Shown: piece after piece, positions 36,501 to 51,500 of the stretch
Layout of the letters: every line of letters begins with the position of its first letter
How positions within the stretch are numbered: position 1 is the stretch's first letter
Source of the DNA: Raillietiella orientalis
Lineage: Eukaryota
Length of the DNA: 64,000 nt
NCBI GenBank assembly: GCA_036172245.1
Contig: JAYWIR010000024.1
Coordinates: 1,674,001 to 1,738,000, forward strand
Reading direction: 5' to 3'
The notes under the pieces: generated by a model
What the model saw: the letters and a program-made list of their open reading frames with translations, nothing else
What the model was told of the DNA's origin: nothing
The model's database searches: none
Made by a program: the position numbers and the translations under genes

Positions 36501-39500
36501 CAGGAGTGCTCCCCTCGCTCCTTGCCAAGTTGCGCGGGCGTTTCTCGTCGTGGCTCCGGGAGCATTCGCCCGGATTTCGAGCGCCACCGGGAAGAAAAGT
36601 GCGCGCCATTGCGTGTCAGACGTCACGACCGGTCAGAGACGAAAGCGGCAGCTCCCTCCCGACGCTGCGTCGTTGCCGCCAGCGCGGAGGCTGCCTCCCC
36701 GCCACGCTTCCGTTCCGTTCCGCCTTTATCCTTCGCCGGAAGTGGGGAAGGTGGGTTTTTTTTTTTTGCTTTTTTTCCCTCCAATCTCGAGGGAAGGCGG
36801 AGATCAGATCGAGACGTACGGATGCGGGGAGTCGGGCGATCGCCCTGGAGGCAACCCATTTTCGGAACCGACCCAAAAAACTTGACTCCGCAGTTCCGGC
36901 TAACGCAACAAAGGAAACGAAACCGAGGGCGCGCCTTCTCATCCCGCGAAAGTTGGTCCCTGGTTCGCTGCTGAGGTCCTCGAGCACCGGGCTTGGGGCA
37001 ACGGGAGCCAACGGGTCTCCCTGAGCGGCGGAGGGGTCCCGCAGGAAGAGGTGCGCGAGCTCCTCCCCTCATCGGTCGCGTGTAAAAGACACGACGTCTC
37101 CGGATCCGAAGGAGACCTCCGTGGAACGTGGCAAAACTTGCCGTCTCCAGGGAAACGGGAGTTCCCCTCATCCCCCCAGCCGCGCGCCGCGAAATCTCCC
37201 GACGGGAGTGGCGGCAACGAAGAGAACGAGGGACACCGAGCTGGCCTTCCCGAACCTTCCCCTGCGTACCTTCGGCTAAGCGAAGCGCTCGCTGTCTTAG
37301 CGGCTGCCCTCCCGGCCCCTCCCTTAAATTTTTTGCCGAGGGAGGGAGCGAGCGGCGCTGACGATTCGGACGTAGGGCAAGGATGGGTTCCTCCCATCTT
37401 GCGCTTCCCCTTGCCCACCGGGCCTGCACGCGCGCGGTGCCGCAACTTGCCCGGTTCGCGGCTTCGAGAGAGAGGGCAGCACTGGAGGGTTCGGTTCAAA
37501 ACCCCGAAAGGTCATGAAAAATAAACTGGTGTGCTCATCCTACATAAATTAACACGCAACTTTATTTTAATATGCATTTCTTAAAGTATATGTGTATATA
37601 TATTAGCAGTAATATTATTGGAACCGATGTATTTATCAAGATTCAGTGAGATACATTTTATTAATATAACGAATAAGTTGTTTATATTGTTGATATGTAT
37701 ACTAACTATCATAAAAAAATAAATATATATGCTGCTTATGACATTCATATATATTTTTTTATGAAGATCAAGGCATGGATTAATGTATCACCAATATTAT
37801 AAAAAATAAATATGTATGCTTCTCATGTAAATTCATATATATACATTCATATAAAGATCAATGTATGGATTAATGAATATTACAAAGATGATGAAACAGT
37901 ATATACACATTCACGTACATATTTATATAAAGATTAATATATGGATTAATATATATAATGAATACTGTAAAAAGTAAATATATATTCTCCTTATATGTAT
38001 TTATACACATATTTATATGTGCATGTGCATGTTTATACTTATACATACATATATATTCACATTATCTATAAATATTGATATATATATAATAAGCAAATGT
38101 AATCATTTTTTATAATTCTTTGTATATATATCGACAATATAATCAAGTATTTATTAATTAATAATACTAATAAAATGTAAGTCACTGCATCTTAATAAAT
38201 ACCTATCTGTTCCAATAATATTACTGCTAACAATACGTACGTTAATAAATATGCATATTAAAATAAAGTTGTATATGAATCTATGTACAATATGCACACG
38301 TGTTTATCCTTTATGGTCTTTCGGGATTTTGATCGCCGCCGGCGCCGAGGGGCGCCGCGTTCGGAGGCGCTCCCCACCGAGCAAGGAGGGCGAAGAGAGG
38401 AAGACAAGGATGGTTCCCTCTCCGGATGGGTGCAGGGTGGATGTGGGCTTCGCCGAGAACCACAAGGGGCAGTCTGCGTCGACAAGCCGTGAGGGAATCT
38501 GGAATTCCTCTGCTCCCCCACCCCCTGAAAAAACAAAAAAACTGTGGGCCGAACGTGGAAGGAGGGGCAGCCGAAACCACGGCGTCTCGCTCGGCTCCCG
38601 AGGAAATCTGCGGAACCCCAGCGTGAAAAGATGGTGACGATCTGATCCGCGCCTCGAGGGGCAGTTGGCCTCTCCCTAGGCCAGCCACCCAACGTGGGGA
38701 GGAGGACACCTGGAAGGAACTGCTTGGGCGAGAGAGCCACCAAGCAATCCCAACGGCGACGCGAGGAGCGGACAAGGAGGACCTGGAGAAATCCCCCCCA
38801 CTCCCGTGAGCCAACGGCTGGGGTCCCCAAAACCGCACCCGTAAACTCGAAGGCAGACTGGGAAGGGTGAGTGAATTCGAACCGAAGGGGATGCTCCTAC
38901 GCTTGGAGAACCAGGAAGCGGGGCTCCTGGATTCTGGAAAGAGAAGCACTCTTTCCCGAGCTCGGAACTTTCGATCTCTCCCAGTCAATGCCGGGGAACG
39001 GCGGAGGCTTCCTAATTTAGCAGGCGAAAACACCCGCAGGACGACATGGGACGGGATTCATGCTGGATCAAACGGAAGAGAGGAACAGCAACCGTCCGGC
39101 CTCAGGCAGCTGCAACACTTCCCCTCAAAGAGGCAGGCAGCAGAGGTTGAATCCCCTGAGGGACGACCGGAAGTCCGAAACGGTCCCCAGCAGAGACATA
39201 AGAGTGGATGAGATTCAGGGTGAGCCCCGAGGTGTGATTGGCTCTGAACGCAGCAAGGACCACGTCCGCCACCACGTCTTGCATCCAGAAGGACCTTTCA
39301 TTAGCGACAGCTCCGCTAAGACCCCCGTTCAGTTTGTCCACGCCCATGTCATCTGATCCCGCTGCCCAATCACCTCCAAAAAGGAACCGTCCACTTCTAG
39401 AAGCTCAGGTCTCAGATATCTTGTGTGTGCGCTTTCTATTTTGGAGGCAGCCTGGGGAACAACGAGAATCCGAGTAAATTCAAACGACACATAAATTTAG

Positions 39501-42500
39501 ACAGGCCCAAGCGAGGCGGGGACCCCTCCCCTCCCCTTCTTCCCCTGAACACCTGTTCGAAGACCCCGGCTGCGAACGCGGGACGAACTCTCGCGGGGCG
39601 AGGAGATGCGCCTCCGATCATGCTTTCTTTATCGCGTCAGCCAGCGAAGACGCAGGTCACGAACGCCGCAGCTAGGAAACACGGCCGGGACATCTGCTTC
39701 CTAGCCCGTTTCTGGAACACCGGGCGCAACCATCTTTCAAGGAAGAACAACATCCCTTCGCGAGCTGGACGTCTCGAGAGATGCATCTTAACGACTTGGA
39801 GCACCACCGCAGCTCTCACCTGATGATACTCGACCTCGATGTTTTAATTTCCCGTGACAAGAGATCCGTCCCGAAAATTTGAATGGAATGGAATACGGTC
39901 CTCTCAAATCACGGTGTTCGTGTTCTTTTATATATATATGTATATATATATAAAAGAACAGCTGAACTGACGCTGTACCGCAAAACTGAAATCTCTATTC
40001 AACGAGCATCGAACAAGGACTGGCGCCATCTTTTTTCGTCGCGTTATAGGAATCCGCGCGTTATACGAGGGTCCCCCGTACTTTGTCTTTCCCCGTTCGT
40101 TGCAAGGATGCGCGCGCTTGTGATGCGAGTCCTCTCGGGACACGACGCGGGCACACATCGCGTACACGAATTCCCGCGAAAATTGCGTGCCCACACATGG
40201 GTGGACCGAGCACGAAGCAAACTTCACCGGACCCCCCCTCGGTCAAGAGGCTTATCACCCGGAAATGCAAGGGCATTTATTAGAAAGATAATAAAAATAC
40301 AATTACATGTTCCCTGTGGTGAACCACTTGGTTCACCGCGTCATTTCAACTTGTCAGCTTACCGGTCGGGAGACCGGAGAGGTCCGTTTCCGTGGCGAAG
40401 GGAAAGAAGGGAAGACCACCAACAAAAAGGAGCAAAAAAAAGTGAAAAACAGGGAAGGGAGATGTTTCTTGGGGAGGGGAGGTTGAGGAAGGGATCACTG
40501 TTCTCTGGGAGACGTTTTCTATATCCTTTCCAGGATGCCAACAAGTTTAGTGCTTGCTTTTGCGCAGGCGGGGCCATCTAGATGCGGTCTTCGAAAATAC
40601 CCGTGTCCAGTGGATGGCGTCCCTGCCATTCTGGCCTCTTCTCTTTGCGTTCCGGGGCACCACCGTGCCCCGGACGTAGCAGAGAACTGCCAAGGCCGCG
40701 GCTGGCTGCAGAGGGGGGCATGCATGAAAAGGCGCCTGGGGCCGCCTTGGGGAATATCTAGGATCGTCGACAGACGATCCCAGAGAGGTCGGAGGGCGGC
40801 AAAGTCCAGCAGAAGGTGGGGAAAAGTCTCTTTGACTCCGCACCATTCGCAGCGGGCATCCACGCTCCCCCGCGTCCAGTGAGAGAGGCGTGCTTAGCAT
40901 GGGATTCCCCAGTGCACCACTAGCAACTCCACCTCCTGCCACTTCATGGGGAGGGCGCCACTGTCTCAACACGCTGGGGGCCACTTCACCTCGGTCAAGA
41001 GGTTGTGCACGCACCCACACGGTTCTCCATTTCGTGTTTCGCTTCGAGCACACGTGACGTCTCCGAGCCATGAGAAGCGTCGCCTGCCGTCACGCAACTC
41101 TCGAGTCCAACTTCTCCGTAGACAACGGAAGACTGCAAGGTGCTGGCTGTCTCCACGCGACAGCTAAAGGTTTCCTCAAGATGTGCCCTGCGAGCACGCC
41201 TGCTGGCGTATCAGAAGAGATCGGCCAGGGTCCAGGTCGCTTGTTCGCTGCGTTGTGCGGTCTCCGAGCGCTCACTTTCCCGTCACTTTCGGAACGCAGG
41301 GCATGTTCGGAGCAACACCCCCGGATGGCAGCTCCTGGCCAAAGGTTGTGCGGCTCCGCGCGGAAAGGTGCAGAGAATGTGATTGCTTGAAAAGAGGTTG
41401 CGTGTGGATCGTGGTTGGGGGGGAGGGGGAGATCTCTTCTTTTGACTTCCTTTACGTCCAGGCCTGCTCGTCCCCTGAGCATCCTGGAGCTGCAGGTAGG
41501 GAAAAGCGAAGGGTCTTGGCTCTCCTAGCTGGGCGAACGCGCTGTGTTCAGCGGACTCGGTGTCTCCGCACGTGGATGTTTGCGGGCTCTCCCTCCTTCA
41601 TCACCCCCTCACCTTAGGCGCTGGACGGAGGTTGCGAGGTGGTTCCAGTCGCGGAACCGGGCAGCCACCGAACCGACCGGCAGTCTGAGCGCGCGCGAGA
41701 TTTCCCGGGAGGTATCCCAGGAATGGCCTCCTCGTGGCTTAGGATCCCTCTCCTAGGGGTCATCCGCATCCCGTGCTCGCGCAGTCTGCCCGAGAGTGCC
41801 GCTGCATCCGGCTTCATGCGGCGTCTTACCCGGTTCCTGATCAAACTGAAGGGCTGGGGGATCCCCCGTGGCTCACGGGAAGCCACTCGCGGGTGCACCG
41901 CGACGGCTTTCGGGTGCGCGGAACATCCAGCATCTCTACGAGTATCCGGGCGGAGAGTTCCGCGTGCTCACCCGCATGTTCAGGGGCACCAGGGGGAACG
42001 GGAAGACGGAAGGCGCCCCTCCCTCCCAGTAGAACTCGCGCTGCTCCCCTCCACCCCTTGGATAGCGTCCTCATCGGTCCATCACCTGCCCGCATAGGAG
42101 GCAGTGTAGTTATGGTGGTCTCCGTGTGTGGCGCCATCAAGTGTCGCGCGTTCGAATACTACGAAATGAATCGACGAGTGCGTCGTGGGTTCCGAGTTCA
42201 CCCGCAAGAAGACGCTGGTTTGCCTCTATGCATCCGGATGCGGCACCGGATGTCCGGACCTCCCCCCCTCGCCCTTCTACATGCCCATCGCTGGTGCTCT
42301 CGGACGCGACATCCGCGGACGTCGGTGCAGCTCCTCTCCTGCAGCAGTGGACGGGGAGTTCCTCGGAGTGTCCTCCGCCCTCGGGGCCTCCCGGCGGCGG
42401 GGCCAGGTCACCTTCGAGACAGCGTCTTGGGTCCGTCCGCCGCACGGGCAGAGGGCAGACGTAGCCTGAGGTGAAGACCTTTTCATGGATCCTCTCTTGC

Positions 42501-45500
42501 GGTCGGCGCGCGCCCGCCTCACCTCCAGGAGAGCCGACAGATCCGAAGTGGCGCGGAGTCCTTATGAGACGGTGGGTCCGTAGGTCTCCAGGCAACGGTG
42601 GCGGCGCTGCAGCGTCCCCCCGGCGGGTGGACCGGGGCAGAAGCAAGCAGTCTTTCTGAGGGACGCCTCCACGGTCAGGCCAGGAGGCGCAGAGTCCTGT
42701 CCTCCCCCTTCTCTCTGCCCTGCTCCCGCCTCCATTGGGAGTCTGGCTCCACGCAACGGCCGGGATTTCGCGCCGGCGGCACCAGGCGAGAGGCATCCTC
42801 GCAGACCTTGGCCGCGATGCCGGATGACCTCGATCCGAGAAGGAGGGAGAGGAGCAGAGCTGGGCCTTGAGTTTCGAATTCACAGCGAAGATCCCCCACC
42901 TCACTCGGATGGGATCCTTCGAGCCTCCTTGCGCGGGCGGGGAGACCCGGGAGGTCCCCTTCTCTTTGGAGGGAAACCGACAGGAGAAGCGCCGTCCGTA
43001 TTGCGTCCTTCCGTGACACGCGGTCACGCAGGGGGCGCTCGTCGTGACCTGAGACAAGAAACGCACGCAGCGAAAGAGGGTCATCGATTGACATCGGGAT
43101 CTATCCGCGTTGCATCCGCTGGGTGAGGCCGCTCTGCTGTCTCTGAGGAAGGTCAGGGGGTGTCGGGACGACGGAAACGATGCCCCAACAAAGTCCTGAT
43201 CGCTCATCCCGAATCCTTTTAAATCGTGAGCTCCTCATCCAGTCCTCCTCACGAGTCCATCGTGGCAGCGGCGGCGTTCCTCGCGTCGCTTCGCGTTCTT
43301 CTGAGCCCTTCGGGGAACGTCAGCCCCTTGCCACTGGGCCGTTCCTCTTCACCGGACGGAGCGCCCTCTCCGAGCCACAAGCCGCACGTGTGCGCGCGCA
43401 CAGAGGGCGTCCGCTTCCTGGGAAGGGGAAAAGAGCGGCGGTGCCAGCAGAATGCGGCCTTCACGACAGAGCGACTATCAGCACTGACATCCGGCAGACA
43501 ACGCGGACAGAAGTCAATCGGAAAAGGTCACGAACGCCGCGCGGAGATCTCGCGCGGAAAAGGGGGAGCTGCCGTGTAGCCATGGGACCCGATGGCGCTG
43601 CTGATTGGGGTTTCGCGCAAGGGCAGGAAGGAGGAGGGGGGAGACATCGGAGTCCCGGAGCCGACCGGATGCGTGCGAGCCACGCGGTGCTCTCGGGCGA
43701 GCTCGGAATTCTCTCCTCGGGGACGGGTCGCCCGGGAAGTGCCCGGGGAGCAGGCAGGATTCCGTCGCGGCGCAACCGACGCAGCGTCGCCCTCGCTCCG
43801 GACGACGCTGGATCGCTCTCGTGGGCGCGCGGGTCGGCCCGTCAGCAGGGGAGGGGTCCGGCGACCGACCGACGGTCGGGAACTGACGGCTTTCTGTTGT
43901 TTCAGTACTCCGGATCGTTCGCCGTGTCGGGGTGTTCACACAGAGCGAGAGCGAGGTACGTCAAGGAGAAGCTGAGGACCAACACGGTGAGTCGATCCCC
44001 GGTCCTTATTCCCTGCGGAGAGCGCTTCGCATAGTTGCCTGATGAAAGTAAGACGAATGAGTTCCCAATCCATCCCGAAGATGACGTTGGTTGGCCTGTT
44101 CCGACGGGACACTGATGGGAGGCGGGAAAAGAAGTGCGCAGGGGTCAACCACCGATGCATTGTACTCGTGCAAAGATCTCTTCGATGGTGCCACAGAGAA
44201 AACCGCGAGGAGAGCTGGCAGCTGCTTGCAGCTCGGCTGATCCGTAGCAAGAGGTGGTCCCACTGTCTCCAGGGCGCAGCCCCGAGACCAAATGGGCAGC
44301 AGCCCGGCTTTCGTGGGAAAGAGAACGCTTCGCTTGTTCTCCGCCTGCTCGTCGAAATGTGACGCGAGGACTTGGTCAGCCGAGGCGGGTCGCGCCCAAG
44401 TGACGCCCGAGGTTTCGGGAAGGCTGGCAGACGGGGAAAGACCGGTAGGAAACCTGGGCCTTCCACCTGATCGGAAGCTGCTTTGTGGTGAATCCTCGAG
44501 ATCTTGGCATGAGATCGGAGGCATCCGCTGTTCACGTGCTCGCGATGACCATCCGCTTTTGGTAAACGTCGGTTTCTGAGAGCACGCCTTCGTGCTTGCC
44601 GATTACATGGTGTGTCGAAAGGTGCTACAAAAGAGCAAGGGGTCGTCCAACGTCTTCACTGTCTGAACGCCCTCCCTGTCTGAAAGTTTCACCTTTCATT
44701 CGAGACTGCAGCCTCACGAAGGTTTTTTTTTTCTCGACCGGTGATCCAAAAGATCTTCCTGCCCTAGTCGGCGGCCGCGTGACTGCCGCCTCTGCGTTGT
44801 ACCGAACTCGCGGGTTCGAATCCCCGCGTGGAGGATCGACGCCGAGAGTGAGGGTTGCGTCGGTGGGTTTCGAGGGAGTCACCACCTAACTTGAAGAGTT
44901 GCACGCCCTCTCGGGTGGTGTGGACGGTGCTAAAGAAGAGTTTCGTGGGCCCTCCCTACGGAGGCGAACGCTTCTTCGGCACTTGGCGAATCCAAAAAAA
45001 ACAAGTGTGCATGGATGTACCTCTGGATCCTTGCGAGCTGTGTGACTGAGGATTCCAACGTTGCCGGGGGCACCAGCACCGTGGCTGCCCCCACGCGCGA
45101 CCGTGAGGAGGCGCAGCCGCAGTGCAGCCTCCCGTGCGCCGGTGCGGCGTTCCTGCGAACCAGCTCGAGTGAGCGGTGCCTCGCCCCCCTTAGCGATCCG
45201 CCCCGCAGGTTCCCCGCAGCCCCCGTTGCGTCGCACGGCAGGACCCACCTCACCCCATCCCCCTTCCCGGAATGCTTTCAAGGAAACTTCGTCCTCCCCC
45301 TCTTTCCCTCGCCAGGAGGGAACCTTTCAGCGCGATCGATCGCTCCCTCTAAGATGTCGCGGGAAACCGCGGTGCGGCGGGGCTTCGCTTCGGGATGGAC
45401 GGCGGTGGAGATCCCAGGTCAGCTGCTCGTCGACCTCTCACGATGACAACGACACCCCCCCCCCCTCCCTCCCGTTCTCGGCGTCGGATCCTATCCGGGA

Positions 45501-48500
45501 AACAATCAATGCTGACAAAGGGGGTGCGTCGTAAGTTTCGAGTTCCCCCGCAAGATGACGCTGGTCGGCCTATTCGGGTGCAAGGACGAAGCTTTCTTCG
45601 TCCTTGGACGACGGAGCTCCGGAAAAACGTAATGAAAGCCCTAAAATTTTGCCGAAACTCCCCGTCTGTCCTGCCTGGGCGGACCCAGCCTGAGGCGGAA
45701 CATGAATATCTGGAGACGCACGGGAAAAGCTTCCAGTCTTGAGGTCCTGGAACGAAGCTCCTGGAGACCGGACGATTTTATGTGGCATTTTGTCGCTGTT
45801 GTCCTCTCGTTGTTTCTGGAGCCGTGATCCCTAATTATTGCTCCCTATCGTTTATCGCCGTTCTCCCTCACCGCAACCTGCAGAGAAGAATGCACGTCCG
45901 CCCGCCGCTGGAAACGCTGCTCAAGAACACGTACGGCCTTGAGTTCCGGATGTGCATCCAGAGCCACGGCAACGCCTCCGCGAGCTTGAACACGAGCGCG
46001 GAAACAACACGGGCAAGCGGGCGTGTGAGTCTCGAAGTGCAGGAGCTACCAAGAACGGGAGTGCAAAGAACGGACCGGGGAAAGCTCTGGATGCTGCTCA
46101 AGACTGAGACTTGAGACCATCTAGGTAGTTGGTGTGGTTTCCCAGCTCCGCAAGGGCATCTGCGTTGAAAGGGGTGCTGGTTCGCGAGAACGGGACGGAA
46201 TCTGCTACGAAGAATGACGCGCGATGAGATCAGCTCCAAGAGATCTTCCATTTGAGGATCAGCTGCTTTTGATCCACGCATTCAATTCGAGAGGGCGCGA
46301 CCTTTGAATTCAAAAGCCAGCGGGCTTTCTAGCTTCCTTCCATTTCGGAAGCCACTCGCGAGCCTCGTTTCCTCGGCAACGGGAAAAGGCTTCGTTTAGC
46401 AGATGTTCACGACAGCCTTAGTGCTGACCCCCCGAGATCTCTGCGACGGACTCTCGTGAACACCTGGCGCCCTCTAATGGCGATCACTGAAAGCTTCGCT
46501 TGAAGCATTCCGCCAATCGTGTCTTGATTGCCTGTTGTACAGTGCTAAGTACAGTCGTACCTCGGTACTCGACTGTTTCGGAACTCGCCAAACTCAGTAC
46601 TCGCCGCATTTTGATGAAAAGAAACTCGATGTTCGGAACTCGACACCCCACTCTCATGATGAAACAAGGGAACGCTTTCGTCTCGTGGTAGCTCGCGAAC
46701 AGCGCCGAACACTTCCATAGAGTGCTTCCCGGATCGTTCCCTTTTTTGTGCTTTCCGTGCATTTTAAGCGCTAATCAAGGTACTCGTTCCGTACTCGTCG
46801 GTTTCGGCACTCGTCACGAGTTCCGGAACGAATTACCGACGAGTAGCGAGGTACAACTGTACTTTTTATCCGTACTTTCCACTGGCATGTGCACTGTGCA
46901 GTATACCCGTGTGAGGTAAAGAGTGTTCGGTGAGCATCTGAAAGACCACCACAGCTCGACTGATGAGCAAATGCTACCTTTTGTGGACGAGCCCATGAAG
47001 CACAGATTCACCGATTCACCTGAGACTCAGGACGGATGTTGGCGCGTCGTCAGAGGTACTTCTGGTAGGAAAAGAGCAACTTCTGCGCAGGGGTGGCGCC
47101 GGCGCTCCCGTCTCACAGAGGAGCAAAGCACCAAACGCTTGCGGCTTCTCGAGATGGGAAAAGAAGCGAGAACAGGACCCATGCAGCTTCTGCAACTGTC
47201 CTCTTCATCCGGAAAACCATCGCGGATTTTGCTGTCTCGGTCGAGAATGGGCAGCGCCAGAGAGACGCCAGCCACGTGAGACAGGACAGACGGCAACGGC
47301 CATCTCGACGAGGGAAGGAAGGCAACGACGGGCGTTCTCACGGGAAGACGGGAATACCCGCTTCAGAAGAGATAGGAGCCACTGAACTTTGAGGTCTGTT
47401 CCCATGCGACATAGGTCGGAAGGGAGACCCATGAGCCCGCCATCCTACGTGCGGAAGCAAAAAGAGACGACGACATTGGAGCGCATTCCGGTTTCCACGA
47501 GGCGGGAAGCAACCGCGTGCTCCGAGCCCGGGTCATGTGGAAAGCATCCCTTCCCTTCCTCTCTGAAGAGAAGGCATAGTGCCATGTGTCCCCTCCCTCC
47601 CACCAGGAAGACAAAAAACCTTGTCCTGCGTGCTGGTCGTACATCGCGAGTCACCATTCTCTCCCTTATCCTCCCCTTTTTCCTCCCAGCCGAACGAGGA
47701 GGCCAGGAGGGAGAGGACCAGTATCCCAAATCACGGAAGTGGGTCTTCCATGCAGAGGGCAGCGGAACTGTACCTCACGGAGGTCGCTCTTCCATCCCTT
47801 CAGCTCTGCAGACATCTCGGACACTCACGCGTGGTACGAGCGCTCCGACTCCTTCAGCGTGAGGGTCCCTGCCCCTCCCCCCCCTACAAAGGAAAAAGAA
47901 GGGAAGGAGGGATCTTCCTGATCGAGGAAGAGACAACACAAAGAGGGAAACTTCGATCGGCTGGGGGAGTCCGGAAGTCCTTCCAGTGGGGAAGGACTCT
48001 CAGATTCCGAAGTCCTGACGAAGTCGGAAGGAGTCTCCTCCAAGACGATGTCCCAGGGTGGAGAAAGAGTTGGTCAGTTATCACGGGATGATTTTTCGTC
48101 TTGCGTAGAGAAATTCATCTTGGAGACTTCCTGTCTCCAAGTTGAATCTCTCCTTCAGGAAGCTTCTGGAAGCGAATTCAGAGAGACGAAAGGGAGGGTC
48201 TGTTCTCTTCCTCTTCATGCTCCACCAAAGGCCGCGTGAAACGCCCGGCTCTTTCAACAAGGAAGGGCAGGCAGAAGAGAGACCCACCTCCCAAAGCTCC
48301 AGCCTCGGTAGATCACAATGGCGCCGCATGCATGAGAGACGCCAAGAATCCGCAACGGCGGAGGAGTACAGCCGAGCGAAGGCAGAGGGAAAGCTCGTCC
48401 ACAAGAAGGACGTGCAGAGGACGAGAGAAGGGAATTCCACGGGACAGCGTCGCGGAGAAGCCGCCGCGCACGCGCAGGATCGGGCGTTTTACAAGCAACG

Positions 48501-51500
48501 CAGAGACAAGATAGGAGGTTAGGACGGAGGAGGAGGCTTAGGCGGAAAGGAAAAGGGCCATCAAATCGAGCTCCTCCCCTATGAGCTCTTCGGGAGAAAG
48601 ACAGATGGTGCCCCCAGGCAGAAGGGGAGGCAGTGGGCCGGAGCTTCCAAGCTGCCTAAAGAGCGCCTCAAATCCAAGCTCAGTGGCCCAAGGCTGCAGG
48701 GTGGACCCTGGGGTCTTGAGCCATTGAGCTTGGATTCGAGCAACGAAGGGCAGGGTTCTCTCTAAAGGCAGCTTCTATTGTTTCCCTCTTCCTCCTTCTC
48801 CTCCCGACCTTTTACTGCTTTGACCCCCTACATGCGATCTTGCGATGGAGAATTTTAGTTCCGGGAAGCGAGCACAACTGTCCCACTGGCGACATCTCGA
48901 GGAGAGAATGGGAAACCAGGCTCGTCCGCTCTCCACAAAGCAAGTGGAAGAAGGCGGCACTCCTGCAGGACCACGGACCGAACGAAGCGATCTCTGTAAA
49001 AATCGTCGGAAGTCCTATTGGGATGGGATGAGTCAGGGTCATCGTTCCGGTCAAGAGCAACGTCCGGGATATGAGGCTGCTAGACTTAAACCACCCTCTT
49101 CTGATGGAAGGAATGTGAGTCCGAGTTCCTTCCGGTGGAAGAAGAAAGCGGAGCTGACGCGTCACTGCAGGATCGATGCACGGCCTCTCAGGTCGACGAG
49201 CAGCAGCAGCAAGCCTCGAACTTCCAGAAAAACCGCCTGGATCGGAAAGAATGTGCAGCAACGAGTACCGTCGTCAGTCAAGTGGACCCTCACGTCTTCC
49301 GACTGAAACGCAAGACACGAAACTTGTGTCCACTCCCTACATAGTTCTGTCTTTTTATCGCAGACAAAATCCAGAAATTTTTTCGTCTGCACGTCCCGGG
49401 AGCAACGAGAAAGCGTGGAGTTTCAGGTGGCGATGAGGAGGCACGTTGAAAATGAAGAGCCCCAGGTCGTCGCTAGGTATGGTCCTCGCAAAAGTTCACC
49501 TCTGCCTTGCCAAGGCGAAGCATGAGGAAGACCCCCGTGAGAACGCCCCGACCCCCCCCCCCCCCCCGAGCTGCAAGGCCACCCGCGCGCGCACACACGA
49601 CAAAGAGTTGAGGACAAAGAGTTGCATCGCACTGCGTGAAGGGAAGGCACGTATCCCATCGACTAAGGCAAGGATCAGACGTTGGCTGACGTTACGAGTA
49701 GCCTCCTGGGCGAGTTTCCATGCAACGCGAGGGCCGTCTCTAGGCACAAGAAGCCTATGTCGGCATTGTTGCAAGTAGGCACAAGAAGTTTACGTCGGCA
49801 TTGTTGCGAGTAGACACAAGAAGCCTACATCGGCATTGTTGCGAGTAGGCCTTCCATGAGGAACGCCCAGTGCGGCGGCTGAGCATCCATTTTGGACTTC
49901 GTGCTGGCGTTCCGCGCCGCTTAGCTTATACGTAGGGGATGTTGTTGTCCTCCATGTGGTGGATCCAGGAAGGAAGAAAAGCGATCCACACCATCAGGAA
50001 ACTGAAGTTACATCAGCGAACCTACAAAAAAATGCGACTTAATCTTTTTCCCTTCAAGTAAACTTATGAACTGAGAACGTGCCCAACAAATAAAGTCCCA
50101 CTTCAGGGAAAAGAGGAGACGAGAAGCGACTGAACTGTAAATAACACATACTGTTTGTCTGCAAGAAGGTGCTTAGCCGAAATCAGGAAGCGTTCGCGCT
50201 TTCTGAGGTGAAAGGTAAAAAAGCATTTATTCCAAATGATGAAAAGATTCAGATTCTCCTTTGCGGAGCATTTGCGGTTCAAACATTGTAGGAAGGTAAA
50301 ATATTTGAGCATGACACACCTTTTTCCTCCGTGCACCCACTCATACTCATACCCACTCATACCTCATGAATCCGAGTGACCATGTGTGCATTCGTTTATC
50401 CAATGAGTCCTGCGAATATCTGCTTATTTCAGAACCAAACTTAGATAAAAAAAAAAAAAAACAGTCGAAAGCTGACAAACAAAAACGCAAACCTAAAGAC
50501 CTGAGGATAGCGAAATCCTACCGAATGGGAAGACTTTTCGAGTTCCTTTAAAAGTAAAGACGATCCCTCTTGGAAAACCCGGGTGAATCCGAGTGACCAT
50601 CTGGTCTGCCTGAGCAAGCAAAATCAGCATTTCATTCTGAGCTCGAGTGAAAGGATCTGACTCGGGCAGATCTTTTGTATCCGCATCGAGCGCCATTTGA
50701 TCTTCGAGGAAGACGATCAGGCTGCACTATGCAAAAACGACGTCTGGTATCCCTGAGCGAGTGGAAATCAGCTCGAGCACTCGTGGTTCGCGTGCGAAGA
50801 AGTACGATGAGCTCCGTACCACAATGGCAAACGCATAGGACGGCGCCAACTGCAATGCGGCAGTTGTTGCCATGGTTTCCGAATGACTAGGAATTACTCA
50901 TCGGAAAAACGAGGCCTGTCCAGCGATTCGTTGCTTCCGCAAAGGATGTGTGGATTTTCGTTGAAATGATTTGACTGCCTCCCCCCCCCCCCTCCTCCTT
51001 TTTTCATTTACTTATTTGCGGCATCCACGTTGTCAGGCGTTTGACGGAACTCATGAATCGTCTAAAATGCATACCTTGAATTTGCGAATGGAGGCGTTCC
51101 GTGGATGACAAGATCAAGGAAGCGAATGCTTCAGCATAGCTGCCACAAGAGGAGGAAGAAAAAAAAAATGAAATTGAAATTTTTGATCGAATAAATTGGA
51201 GATTCTTGAAGCCAACTGGTAGCGGCGCGCAGCTGGAAATAGAATGCTTTCGCCATAGATCATGGGATTGATGCTTTTCTGGCAGGGCAATAAACCTATT
51301 TTTTGTGTGTCCTAGAGACTTTGTTGCCATGCTGAATCCAAAGCGGAATTTTATAATCCTTGGAGGGTTTTCTCCGTGGAAGCATCTGTACTACAAACGG
51401 AGACACGGAAAGATAACAGAAGTCTGCACCTCCGTTTATTTTTTGATACCATCTGCTCCTTCGGGACTTTTTTTTTTCTTAGTAGCTTTTATTAAAGCTT

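Noticed and set aside
44040..44560. LTR/DIRS pol remnant (PFGLGAAP, NVIFGMDW); a similar NVIFGM occurs at ~57350
   Set aside because: Motif order is inconsistent and too degraded to classify.
49741..49850. 35-bp repeats as a CRISPR array
   Set aside because: Units are contiguous with no spacers, there are no cas genes, and the context is eukaryotic.
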